A stretch of 64,000 bases of DNA from Minisyncoccota bacterium (GCA_041688155.1 JBDNIW010000003.1:95397-159396), one strand, 5' to 3'; shown: positions 28,141 through 37,037, numbered from the stretch's first letter. The notes: a model not told the origin generated them from the sequence alone. Numbers and translations are program-made.

Positions 28141-28362
28141 ATGCGAGAAGCTCGAATCCGAAGCATTGTCAAAGCCCTCACCTGGCGCGCGATCGCCACC
28201 AGTACCACCATGGCACTAGCCTACCTCGTGACCGGTGATCTCAAAGTAGCCGGTGCCATCGGCGCCGCCGACGTCGTGATCAAACTATTTTTCTACTACG
28301 TCCACGAACGAGCTTGGGGCCACGTCGGCTGGGGCAGGAACGTGCATTTTGGGAGGGAGTAA
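28141..28362 (+). CDS. DUF2061-like small membrane protein
   Basis: RSIVKALTWR...K..FYYVHERAW..V.WG. Confidence 0.85.
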   Translation: MREARIRSIVKALTWRAIATSTTMALAYLVTGDLKVAGAIGAADVVIKLFFYYVHERAWGHVGWGRNVHFGRE

Positions 28363-28453
28363 ACATGTATTCATTGACTTCATTGACTTCATTGGTTATT
28401 TGTGCTATATTTACTGACAGTAAATAACTCGCACATAATGCCTGGAGGCTAAA

Positions 28454-28912
28454 ATGTTTACCAAACCTGACCTGAACAACTTTCGTGCAGAAGTCACGAG
28501 CAATGTCACGGGGGAAAGTGTCAAAGCAGCTATCGCCAAAGATGCTGGGTTGATCAACCTGACATACCATCGGCAAGATGGTTCGTACCGCTTTTCTCTC
28601 GACCATTCGATAATGAAACAAGGTGCTGACTTTGTTCTGATGGTGACGAGTTACGTCGCCATGGAGACTGGTCCGTATGCCCCTGAGAATAATTCGTTAA
28701 GCAAGTGGGTCGTAAGCAAGAAAGGTGGTGAGGGTTCGTTCTTCTATAAGCGTCAGCTGATCCGCTGGTATATCGACGAATTCTCCCCAGGTCAGCTTTC
28801 GCTGTATGTGAAAATCGACCGGAGAAAATCGTGGATGCAACGCATAGGTTACGTTTTTACCTCCAAAAAACGACGGAAAATACATTCTGATTGGCGCAAG
28901 AATTTTGCGTAA
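28454..28912 (+). CDS. hypothetical protein (orphan single-gene cassette)
   Basis: 152-aa ORF with GGAGG SD, its own promoter-like region and a terminator at 28928-28958. Confidence 0.65.
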   Translation: MFTKPDLNNFRAEVTSNVTGESVKAAIAKDAGLINLTYHRQDGSYRFSLDHSIMKQGADFVLMVTSYVAMETGPYAPENNSLSKWVVSKKGGEGSFFYKRQLIRWYIDEFSPGQLSLYVKIDRRKSWMQRIGYVFTSKKRRKIHSDWRKNFA

Positions 28913-29102
28913 GAAATTTCAATTCACCCACCCCTTCGTTGATGATTGGGGTGGTTTTATAATTAGAATGGGAGTTGCAGTATAAACCCTTATCAGAGTT
29001 GTAGAGTTCAAATTCCAAGATTTTTTCTGAGCAGATCAAATTTGGAACTACATTCGCATTTATAAAATAATCTCTCAGATTATTTTACCTACGTCCATTT
29101 GC

Positions 29103-29969
29103 TCATTTCTGACACCCTGGACAATAGTGCGTCCCTCGCCCGGCGCAGCGAGTCTTTTTTATTGTCTCCCCGCAGCGAGAGCAGGGTTTGCCTTGTTGAC
29201 CAAATACTTGCAGGTAGTCGGTAAAATTGCCGGCGGCGCCACCGGTGTCGACGAAGTGTTGGAACGTTGTGCCGCCGACCTGGATTGATTCACGCATCAC
29301 GTCACCTGACGCCTGGCACAGCACAGCTGCCTCGGCTTTGGTGACTTTGTTGGCTAGTCGCATGGGTCGCACCTTGGCGCGCCAGAGCGCCTCATCAACG
29401 TAGATGTTCCCCAAACCAGCGACGAATTTCTGATCAAGTAGCGCGGCTTTGACGGGGGTGCGGCGCTTTTTTAGTTTCGCAGCAAACCACGCGCAGTCAA
29501 ACTCGGGATCAATTGGCTCCGGGCCGAAGCCTGACCGCGCTACCGCTACCTCGGCGGCTGTTGCTAGTTTGGTATACCCGAACAGACGCATGTCGTTGAA
29601 GTAGAGGGTAGTATGGTCGGTAAAATGAAATGCCACCCGGGAGTGCTTATGTGGAAAATCAGTGCGTTCATTCTCGGTCATCGAGTGGCCACCGCCGACA
29701 ATGTCACCGTCGGTGTCGACGTAGAAAAACTGCCCAGTCATCTTAAGGTGGGCGAGCATAAACAGGTCGCCTTCACCGACAAACGAAAAAATCAGCAGCT
29801 TGCCGATGCGGTCGATGTACTCGATGGTCTTGCCGCGCAAGCGGTCGTCAATCGTTTCGTCGTGCGCAACAATTTTACTATGAAACACCTCGACCGAGTC
29901 GATGGTTTGTCCTTGGACTTTTTGCATCAGCTGGAGTCGAACCGTCTCAACCTCGGGAAGTTCTGGCAT
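29103..29969 (-). CDS. mutM: formamidopyrimidine-DNA glycosylase
   Basis: PELPEVE, HLKMTG, LLDQ..VAGLGNIYVDE and a C-terminal C4 zinc finger. Confidence 0.97.
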   Translation of the reverse strand: MPELPEVETVRLQLMQKVQGQTIDSVEVFHSKIVAHDETIDDRLRGKTIEYIDRIGKLLIFSFVGEGDLFMLAHLKMTGQFFYVDTDGDIVGGGHSMTENERTDFPHKHSRVAFHFTDHTTLYFNDMRLFGYTKLATAAEVAVARSGFGPEPIDPEFDCAWFAAKLKKRRTPVKAALLDQKFVAGLGNIYVDEALWRAKVRPMRLANKVTKAEAAVLCQASGDVMRESIQVGGTTFQHFVDTGGAAGNFTDYLQVFGQQGKPCSRCGETIKKTRCAGRGTHYCPGCQK

Positions 29970-30519
29970 GAGGGTATCCTAGCAGAGTTTGTGGTTCGAG
30001 AGAACAGACCAATTTCTCGATAGGCGTTAAGCCACCATTTGGGGATAACTGTGGGGAAAACTAGCGTATAACCCTGGTAGTAACTCTAGGACAGCCTATC
30101 GATAAGGTGGGGATGAAGTGTATTGGACTGATTTTAATAGTAATTTGTTAATTGTTCGCGAACTAGATTTTTTGCTACGCTGTTGGTGCTAGCTCGAGAG
30201 TCGGGTTTCTGCAGCCAGCCAGAAACTGCAAAAAATACCCAGTACGTAATTGTACCGGTATTCTAGGTTGGGATAGTTGTAAGTTGGGCAGAAAAATGTA
30301 AAATAGCGAGTACTTGCCTGACCGAGGCAAGTGGGTGAATTGACGTCAGTGGTAGTTGGAGTCATTCCGACTGACTGCATACGCAGACGTCGTCACTCGA
30401 AGCGCAAAAGAAAATAAACTTTCTTTCCACTTCTTCATTCCGACGTAAGGGAAACCTTTCGTCGGCACTCCGGATTACAAATAGAAATGAATAAATTCAT
30501 TTCTGCTTTAATCCTACAT

Positions 30520-30591
30520 TCCGACGTAGCTCAGCGGTAGAGCAGTTGACTGTTAATCAATTGGCCGCAGGTTCGAATCCTGCCGTCGGAG
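30520..30591 (+). tRNA. tRNA-Asn (GTT); CCA not encoded
   Basis: Cloverleaf: acceptor tccgacg/cgtcgga, D-arm gctc/gagc, anticodon loop ctGTTaa, T-arm gcagg-ttcgaat-cctgc. Confidence 0.96.
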
Positions 30592-30645
30592 CATTGACAT
30601 TATGCATATATTTTGCATAATACTAAAGAAACAAAGGAGTTCAAA

Positions 30646-31047
30646 ATGTTCATGTTAGATCGTTATATCCTCGACACGTGCGTACTTATGCCGGTCGAAA
30701 TCTTCACTGCACCTTATACAATGCGCCTGTCTGATTTGCTGCAACAACTTCAAATCGAGAAAGGGGAGGGTGGCTCACCACTTCAACTTGTTACAGGGCA
30801 AGAGCGTACTGGGAACGAAAAGTTCCCAAGCAGTTTCCTTTTGCAACGAGATCGAGAAGGTGGACTCAGACTAGTCGGAGTAATGGCCAACCGCTTTTCA
30901 TCATGTAAAGACTTCGCAATCATGGTCGATGAGGTTGAGTTGATTGAAAAGGCACGGAGCTTTGCAGCACTTCTGATGTACTACAATCCGGATAAGTCAG
31001 AGGACTATGGTAGATACGAGACAATCGCCCTCGCAAGAGAAGGTTAA
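30646..31047 (+). CDS. hypothetical protein in an islet downstream of tRNA-Asn
   Basis: AAGGAG SD, TTGACA promoter directly after the tRNA, hairpin terminator at about 31053-31085. Confidence 0.6.
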   Translation: MFMLDRYILDTCVLMPVEIFTAPYTMRLSDLLQQLQIEKGEGGSPLQLVTGQERTGNEKFPSSFLLQRDREGGLRLVGVMANRFSSCKDFAIMVDEVELIEKARSFAALLMYYNPDKSEDYGRYETIALAREG

Positions 31048-31154
31048 TAATCAGCGCGCCCTTTGAGTAATTGGGCGCGCTTTATGTTTTACAAGTTCGA
31101 ACGTCCTCCACCCAGCGGAGCAACGAAATAATCCCCGCGAGGGGATTTTTCTTT

Positions 31155-31289
31155 TGCTCCGACGGAGAAAGCCCTGGGAGGGCTTTCGTCAGGATTCGAA
31201 AAGCTTTTGAGTCAGATTGGGAGCCTAGCGAACCAATCTGTCCAAAAGGTATACTGGTCATGTAATGACCGAAACTCCTGCCGTCGGAG
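31155..31289. repeat. fold-back element built from tRNA-Asn 3'-end copies
   Basis: Inverted tRNA pieces at 31155-31165 and 31190-31200, direct 14-bp copy at 31276-31289, three internal hairpins. Confidence 0.85.
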
Positions 31290-31303
31290 TCGACAAAGAT
31301 ACC

Positions 31304-31330
31304 AGCTTTGCCTAGGCCTAGGCGAAGCTT
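31304..31330. repeat. palindrome family D (GCTTCGCCTAGG/CCTAGGCGAAGC), copy 1
   Basis: agctttgcctagg|cctaggcgaagct. Confidence 0.85.
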
Positions 31331-31386
31331 GAGAACTGCACCCTATTTTCCTCAGCAAAATTGGTTGATTTTGGTATACTGAGAGT

Positions 31387-32127
31387 ATGGAAAGTAAACA
31401 CAACAAGAAATTTGTAGGACTCACTGCGCTACTTATCAATTGTTCAATTAAATCCGACAAAAAAGGTTCTCATACTCAACTATTGATGAACCGAGCGGCA
31501 GGTATTATGGAAGCAGAAGGTGTCGAAGTCACTCATGTATATCCGTTAGACAACGATATCGCCTTCGGTATGGTAAAAGACGGTAAGGAAGAAGGGCTCA
31601 ACGATGACTGGCCACAAATTCAGAAACAAATTCTTGATTCAGATATTCTCGTGATTGGTACTCCTGTTTGGCTCGGTGTGAAATCGAGCGTAGCCACTCT
31701 TGTCATCGAGCGGATGTATGCTTACAGTGGCGATCGCAATGAGAAAGGACAGTATTTATATTATGGAAAGACTGGAGGGTGCGTTATAACTGGAAATGAA
31801 GACGGAGCGAAGCATTGTGCAATGGACTTACTTTATGCGATGCAGCACATGGGATATACCATTCCTCCACAAGCAGATTGTGGTTGGTTGGGCGAAGCCG
31901 GGCCAGGACCAAGTTATGGCGACACCGAGTGGAATGATGAAAAACTGGCTTCTCCAGCCGGATACGGCAACGAATTCACTAATAGAAACACTACCTTTAT
32001 GGCTTGGAATCTAATGCACATGGCTAAGATGCTGAAAACTAATGGCGGTATCCCTACCCAAGGGAATGTTGAAGAAAACTGGACTCATGTTACTAATGCA
32101 AAGGATATAAATCCTAAGTATCGGTAG
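31387..32127 (+). CDS. flavodoxin-like NADPH-dependent FMN reductase family protein
   Basis: INCS.K...SHT, DDWP, DILVIGTPVWLG, YYGKTGG..ITGNEDGAKH and FTNRNTTFMAWNL. Confidence 0.85.
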   Translation: MESKHNKKFVGLTALLINCSIKSDKKGSHTQLLMNRAAGIMEAEGVEVTHVYPLDNDIAFGMVKDGKEEGLNDDWPQIQKQILDSDILVIGTPVWLGVKSSVATLVIERMYAYSGDRNEKGQYLYYGKTGGCVITGNEDGAKHCAMDLLYAMQHMGYTIPPQADCGWLGEAGPGPSYGDTEWNDEKLASPAGYGNEFTNRNTTFMAWNLMHMAKMLKTNGGIPTQGNVEENWTHVTNAKDINPKYR

Positions 32128-32262
32128 AGGTTGATAAGTTATTTTTCTCCCCGGAGGAAATTCCTCCGGGTTTTAATCCTGCCGCCAAGCAGGTCTTTAG
32201 AAGCGAGCTACACCTCGAGCTCTCTAGGGTAGATTTCCATTTTGGTTTGTTATACTTGGGTC

Positions 32263-32544
32263 ATGAATAATCCAGAACTAGTGGTGCATGCTTGTGGGCA
32301 GGTGTTGCGCTTTACTTCAGTTGCACAGTGGGATGATTTGTCACAAGAGCGTAAAGTCCAGTTAGGTTTTAACTTGGGTGTGATGGTGCTGGGTCTCGGG
32401 CTTACTAAAGCTGAGGGGTATCAGACGCTTGCTCGTGCTCGTACCGGTGAACTGTCGATGCTCAAACTACACAACCACTTCAAATCGCTGATAAGTAAAC
32501 ATAACATCGAACCAGACCAAGCGCAGCTCGATAAACCTGTTTGA
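32263..32544 (+). CDS. hypothetical protein
   Basis: 93-aa ORF; TATACT lies 6 nt before ATG 32263. Confidence 0.65.
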   Translation: MNNPELVVHACGQVLRFTSVAQWDDLSQERKVQLGFNLGVMVLGLGLTKAEGYQTLARARTGELSMLKLHNHFKSLISKHNIEPDQAQLDKPV

Positions 32545-32562
32545 TTCAACCCTCAAGGCTGC

Positions 32563-32630
32563 ATCCCTGGAGGAAGCTTCGTCTAGGCTTTGCCTAACCA
32601 AGCTTCGCCTAGGCAAAGCCTAGGCGAAGC
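32563..32630. repeat. palindrome family D tandem copies, left of the TA module
   Basis: atccctggagg, aagcttcgtctaggc..., then gcttcgcctaggc-aaa-gcctaggcgaagc. Confidence 0.88.
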
Positions 32631-32688
32631 ACATTTAGCTATCCAGTGCAGTATTGACAACCATAACACAAAGTATATACTTTGTAAT

Positions 32689-32961
32689 ATGAAAACGACA
32701 ACCAGCATCAAGCTAGATACAAAAATAAAGGAAGAGGCAGCGCTATTGGCTAGCGAATTGGGCTTGTCGTTGAGTAGTGTTATCAATGCCACTCTAAAAC
32801 AATTTGTGACTGAGCGTCGGGTAGTGTTGAGTGCTACTCCAGCCTTCAATAATACAACCAAGAAAGCTTTTCTAGCCCTTGAAGCAGAGGTTAAAGCAGG
32901 CAAGAATCTATCAGCTGTCTATACAAATGTAAATGATCTTAAAAAAGCGTTACTGAAGTAG
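32689..32961 (+). CDS. RelB/DinJ-family antitoxin
   Basis: MKTTTSIKLDTKIKEEA..LA..LGLSLSSVINA.LKQFV; TTGACA-16-TATACT promoter with palindrome acaaagtatatactttgt. Confidence 0.88.
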   Translation: MKTTTSIKLDTKIKEEAALLASELGLSLSSVINATLKQFVTERRVVLSATPAFNNTTKKAFLALEAEVKAGKNLSAVYTNVNDLKKALLK

Positions 32962-32964
32962 GGT

Positions 32965-33222
32965 ATGGACATTACGTTCCATAAAAGTTTTAAAAAAGCT
33001 TTGAAAAAACCACCAAAATCTACCCAAGACAAGTTCTTTACGTGTTTGGACATTTTCGTTGAAGACCAGTTTTCGTACCTGCTGAATAACCACGCCTTGT
33101 CGGGAGAGTTTAAGGGTTGGCGGAGTATCAATATCACCGGAGATGTGCGAGTACACTACCGAGAAGTCGGACAAAGTATTGTCCTATTAGACATAGGTAC
33201 CCATGCACAGTTGTATACGTAA
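32965..33222 (+). CDS. YafQ/RelE-family mRNA interferase
   Basis: FHKSFKKALKK...LNNHALSGEF.GWRSINITGDVR...LLDIGTHAQLY. Confidence 0.9.
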   Translation: MDITFHKSFKKALKKPPKSTQDKFFTCLDIFVEDQFSYLLNNHALSGEFKGWRSINITGDVRVHYREVGQSIVLLDIGTHAQLYT

Positions 33223-33289
33223 TTTGCGAAGACCTTGCTTTGGCGCCGCAGGGCATAAATAAAATTCACAACTCCACCCGTACCCAGCA

Positions 33290-33321
33290 GTGAACTACCC
33301 CGCAGCAAGCTACGGGGTACC
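33290..33321 (+). mobile_element. remnant resembling an IS200/IS605-type end hairpin
   Basis: GTGAACTACCCCGCAGCAAGCTACGGGGTACC; the GT(G/C)AACTACCCC...GGGG hairpin resembles IS200/IS605-family ends; no transposase in the window. Confidence 0.5.
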
Positions 33322-33335
33322 CAAGCTACGTCTAG

Positions 33336-33388
33336 CAAGCTTCGCCGTGGTCTTGCCTAGGCGAAGCTTGGGGAGTTATCCCTGGAGG
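33336..33388. repeat. palindrome family D copy, right of the TA module
   Basis: caagcttcgcc...ggcgaagcttg followed by atccctggagg. Confidence 0.85.
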
Positions 33389-33404
33389 CCTGCCCTCCCG
33401 GTTA

Positions 33405-33443
33405 CCTAATCCCGCAGATTAGCGGCTAATCTGCGGGATTAGG
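33405..33443. repeat. REP-like palindrome, family A copy 2
   Basis: cctaatcccgcagattag-cgg-ctaatctgcgggattagg. Confidence 0.92.
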
Positions 33444-33551
33444 GGTTTTTATCTGGTTATTTCTGCCTCGACCAGGCCTAAGGGGGCTGTTTACGACAAA
33501 ACCCTCGCATCAGGTGAGGCGAGGGTTTTGGGTTGCTTTTTGTTTGTCCGA

Positions 33552-33989
33552 CTACTCAGTGGCTGGTAGTAATACGCCGTCGATGACGTGCACTACTCCG
33601 TTGCTGGTTTTGATGTCAGCCATAGTTACTTTGGCTCCACCGTTGATAGATACGCCGTCGTCGCTCACGTTGATAGTGATTGACTGGCCGTTGACGGTCT
33701 CGACGACCATTCCATCGGTCAGATCAGCCGCGTGTACAGCCCCTGGTACCACGTGGTAGGTCAGGATGCCTTGTAGGTCAGCGATGTTTTCTGGCTTGAG
33801 TAGGGTGTCGACGGTGCCAGCTGGTAAGCCAGCAAACGCGTCGTTGACGGGGGCAAATACCGTAAATGGTCCGGCGCCTTGCAGCGTTTCGACCAGCTCA
33901 GCTGCGGTTACTGCAGCTACTAGAGTACTTAACTCCGGTGTACTACTCGCGGTTGCAACGATGTCTTGGGTGTTTTGTTCTTCTGTCAT
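33552..33989 (-). CDS. fasciclin (FAS1) domain protein without signal peptide
   Basis: STLVAAV.AA.LV.TL.G.GPFTVFAP.N.AF, ILTYHVV and NGVVHVID.VL. Confidence 0.93.
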   Translation of the reverse strand: MTEEQNTQDIVATASSTPELSTLVAAVTAAELVETLQGAGPFTVFAPVNDAFAGLPAGTVDTLLKPENIADLQGILTYHVVPGAVHAADLTDGMVVETVNGQSITINVSDDGVSINGGAKVTMADIKTSNGVVHVIDGVLLPATE

Positions 33990-34160
33990 ATTGTGTTTCA
34001 AGCTAAATTGTTTATAAGAGCACTTCAATAAGTGCTGGGGCTACCTATTGTTTACGCAAGATAAATTGGTTTGTTTCAATTTATTTTGCGAGTGTGAATA
34101 ATACCACACCCCCTAGCATCAGCTGATGCGGGGGTTTGTGGTTGTTCTAGCCTCGGTCGA

Positions 34161-34724
34161 CTACTCAGTCGCTGGAAGTAGTACAGCGTCAATCACGTGC
34201 ACTACTCCGTTGCTCGTGACGATATCTGCGATAGCGACGTTCGCACTACCGTTGATTGACACGCCGGCTGGGCTCACGTTAATGATAATACTCTCACCAT
34301 TGACGGTCTCAACCACCATTCCATCAGTCAGGTCAGCTGCCATGACAGCTCCTGGTACTACGTGGTAGGTCAGGATAGCTTGTAGGTCAGCGATGTTCTC
34401 AGGTAACAGGAGGGTGTCTACTGTCCCAGCTGGCAATGCCGCAAACGCTTGGTTCATCGGGGCAAATACCGTGAATGGTCCTGGTCCTTGTAGTGTGCCT
34501 GCCAGATCAGCTGCAACAACAGCCGCTACCAAGGTGCTGAGTTCAGGCGTTGCAACTGCAGTTTCCACGATGTCGTCCGCTACTGGTGCTGCCATCATGT
34601 CATCCATAGCTGGTTCTCCCATAGCTGCGTCTTCTCCGATGATTGTTTCACCATTAGACTGTAGTAGGAAGAATCCCACCACACCGATAATTACCACTGC
34701 TCCAACAATTAAAATATTCTGCAT
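34161..34724 (-). CDS. fasciclin (FAS1) domain protein with N-terminal TM
   Basis: Same FAS1 motifs; tandem paralog. Confidence 0.93.
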   Translation of the reverse strand: MQNILIVGAVVIIGVVGFFLLQSNGETIIGEDAAMGEPAMDDMMAAPVADDIVETAVATPELSTLVAAVVAADLAGTLQGPGPFTVFAPMNQAFAALPAGTVDTLLLPENIADLQAILTYHVVPGAVMAADLTDGMVVETVNGESIIINVSPAGVSINGSANVAIADIVTSNGVVHVIDAVLLPATE

Positions 34725-34954
34725 ACGTTACATTTATTGACTAATTTAAGTTACAGGAAAATCACTGATCTTCGCCATACTACATTTTACGTCGCTGGTT
34801 GCGGTTTATTTCAACGCGACCCGCTAAAGACACGTTTTGTCAGAAATACTTTGACCAAAACATCATTGTGTACTTCACTACCTCAAAAACTTGTGCATAT
34901 ACATAGCTCCTGTATAATGTATGAGTAATTGTCAGTTTAATTTGTTAAAAAATT

Positions 34955-35167
34955 ATGTACAAAACAACACTTATCCTCACTGCCGTCGGTGCCCTCAACT
35001 GGGGACTTATCGCATTATTCAACTTTAATCTAGTGACCGCTTTGTTTGGAGTAGATACGCTTTTGACTAACGCTGTGTATCTGGTCGTAGCAGCCTCAGC
35101 TATCGTAGTAGTAGCGCTCGGGTTTATGCCAGAGCAGTCCACTAATCAACAGCGATCAGCTGCCTAG
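34955..35167 (+). CDS. DUF378 family small membrane protein
   Basis: L..VGALNWGLI.LF.FNLV.ALFG...VY..V. Confidence 0.88.
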   Translation: MYKTTLILTAVGALNWGLIALFNFNLVTALFGVDTLLTNAVYLVVAASAIVVVALGFMPEQSTNQQRSAA

Positions 35168-35383
35168 AGGCAAGCGTACTCCACCAATAATCAGGTTGTA
35201 CACGCCGCAAATACGCTCCCTAGGGGGCGTTTTTGTTTATCTAATGATCTGGTGTGCGGGTTTTTCTTGACTTCTAGGTATAAAGGTGTATTATGTTTAT
35301 TCAAATCGATTGTGTTAAGCAGAATATGTTTAGACAGTCTCAAAAAAGGTTTGAGATTATTATTTTGTTTAAGAACAATATCT

Positions 35384-35614
35384 ATGGCAACAGGAACTAT
35401 CGCACGACTAAATAACGGGTACGGATTCATTACTCAAGAAGGATCAGACAAAGATCTATTCTTTCACGTTAACGAACTCCAAGGAGTAGCGTTTGACGAT
35501 CTACGAGAAGGAGACAAGCTTTCTTTTGAAGTAGGAGAAGGACCAAAAGGTCCCAACGCAGTCAACGTAAAGCTAGTTGAAGAAGCACCAGCTGAAGCAG
35601 CACCAGCTGCATAG
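35384..35614 (+). CDS. cold-shock protein (CspA family)
   Basis: GYGFI (RNP1), DLFFH (RNP2) and GPKGPNAVNV; terminator at 35633-35661. Confidence 0.95.
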   Translation: MATGTIARLNNGYGFITQEGSDKDLFFHVNELQGVAFDDLREGDKLSFEVGEGPKGPNAVNVKLVEEAPAEAAPAA

Positions 35615-35742
35615 TCAGCCGCTCTCAATGCAAAAGCGCCCCATCCATCGGGGCGTTTTTTGTGTGTGAAAGAAATCAGTCACTCGTGCGTCTTAGAACA
35701 CAGAAAGATGTATACATTCTAAATGAAATAAGGAAATGATAG

Positions 35743-36207
35743 ATGATACGAAGTTCTTTAATTTGCGCAGTTGCTACTGCGGCCACACTCATGGCCACAA
35801 CAGCAATGGCGGAAATGCTGGATAATAGCGAGCTGTCGCTAGATCCGGCCACGCAGACCGAACAGATCACTACAATGATTGAAACCGTGTTCGAACCGTT
35901 GGAGGCACAAGTGCCGGGGGTGGTTGATCAAATGATAAGCATCGCTGACTGCGAATCATATGGCGGTCGTGACGGGATGATTATGCACCTAGATCCATCA
36001 GGTGAGCTGATCTACAATCCGTCGCCGAAATCGAGTGCTGCTGGAGTGTTGATGGTTTTGCTGATAACTCACCGTCCGACGTATACGCAACTCGGCCTTG
36101 ACCCGACCCAAGTGGGGGACAACATCGTATTTGGCCGGTATCTCGTCGAGGGCCGGCTACAGCGAGGTTTGGAGCCGTTTGGAGACTGGGGGCAGTGTCT
36201 AATGTAA
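35743..36207 (+). CDS. secreted protein, possibly of the SLT/lysozyme-like fold
   Basis: Signal peptide; IADCES...N..SSAAGVL pattern; terminator at 36214-36243. Confidence 0.5.
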   Translation: MIRSSLICAVATAATLMATTAMAEMLDNSELSLDPATQTEQITTMIETVFEPLEAQVPGVVDQMISIADCESYGGRDGMIMHLDPSGELIYNPSPKSSAAGVLMVLLITHRPTYTQLGLDPTQVGDNIVFGRYLVEGRLQRGLEPFGDWGQCLM

Positions 36208-36318
36208 CAGAATAAACAGGCGCCCTTCGGGCCGCCTGTTTTCTTTTGTCTGGGTGAAATATCCAGTCGCTGCGTTTCGTAGTATACTGTAGGGGAATTA
36301 TGATAACCATCAGACATT

Positions 36319-36627
36319 ATGCTTAGCTTGTACTACAAAGAATCTTGTCCCTTTTGTCAGCGTGTTATGCAAATGGCCGATAACCTGGGGGTACAGTTTG
36401 ACCTCAAGGATATCGAGGACGACGCTGCCCTAACCGCAGAGCTGATAGAAAAAGGTGGTAAACGACAGGTTCCATATCTGATTGACACCGACAAAAACGT
36501 CGCCATGTACGAGTCAAACGACATCATTGAATACATCCGGGACAATTACGTCAACACCGCGGCAGCTGACAAACCCCGGATTCACAACGCAGCTGCCTCT
36601 GCGACGTGTGTGGCGTGCGAAGGGTAA
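36319..36627 (+). CDS. glutaredoxin/GST-N domain protein with C-terminal CVACEG
   Basis: CPFC, GGKRQVPYL.D and MYES.DI..Y. Confidence 0.85.
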   Translation: MLSLYYKESCPFCQRVMQMADNLGVQFDLKDIEDDAALTAELIEKGGKRQVPYLIDTDKNVAMYESNDIIEYIRDNYVNTAAADKPRIHNAAASATCVACEG

Positions 36628-36674
36628 TAGATAAGGCACAGTAGATTTATTTAGTACTAATACAAAATAAAACC

Positions 36675-37037
36675 ATGAACATCAATTTCAACTACAACAA
36701 CCAAGCCGAAGCGCAAGCGCTGACTGCAATCACCGAACAAAAACTTGAGTCACTGAAGAAATTTATTCCGACTGACAAGTCGGTCATCTGCGATGCAGAG
36801 TTTGATAAAGTCGCCGCGAACAACAAAGGGTCAATTTTCCACTTTGCGGTCAATCTGCAAATAGAAGGCGAGATGCACCGAGCCGAAGCGACCGAGGAGA
36901 GTTTTGAAGCAGCGGTCGATGAGGTGCGAGACGAGCTCGATAAGAAACTCCGCCGTAACAAGAGCAAGAAAGACACCCTGGGGAAGAAAGCTGGACGCGC
37001 GCTCAAGCGACTTATCGCACGCGGGGGCCGAGACTAG
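36675..37037 (+). CDS. hpf: ribosome hibernation factor (HPF/RaiA family)
   Basis: KL..L.KF...A.A..ESF.AAVD.VRD.L.K.LRR.KSK. Confidence 0.82.
   Translation: MNINFNYNNQAEAQALTAITEQKLESLKKFIPTDKSVICDAEFDKVAANNKGSIFHFAVNLQIEGEMHRAEATEESFEAAVDEVRDELDKKLRRNKSKKDTLGKKAGRALKRLIARGGRD

Noticed and set aside
28371-28397. Tandem TCATTGACT x2.5
   Set aside because: Short slippage-type duplication over a -35 box with no further support.
30040-30150. Degenerate DnaA-box-like motifs (tggggataa, gtggggaaa) next to an AT-rich stretch; possible oriC
   Set aside because: No perfect box, no dnaA or dnaN nearby, and skew cannot be assessed here.
31304-33443. Repeated palindromes as a CRISPR array
   Set aside because: Irregular, gene-sized spacing, variable repeats and no cas genes.
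33498-36243. GC-rich hairpins after the fasciclin, DUF378, csp and 35743 genes as mobile palindromes
   Set aside because: Short stems with U-tracts directly after stop codons; ordinary intrinsic terminators.
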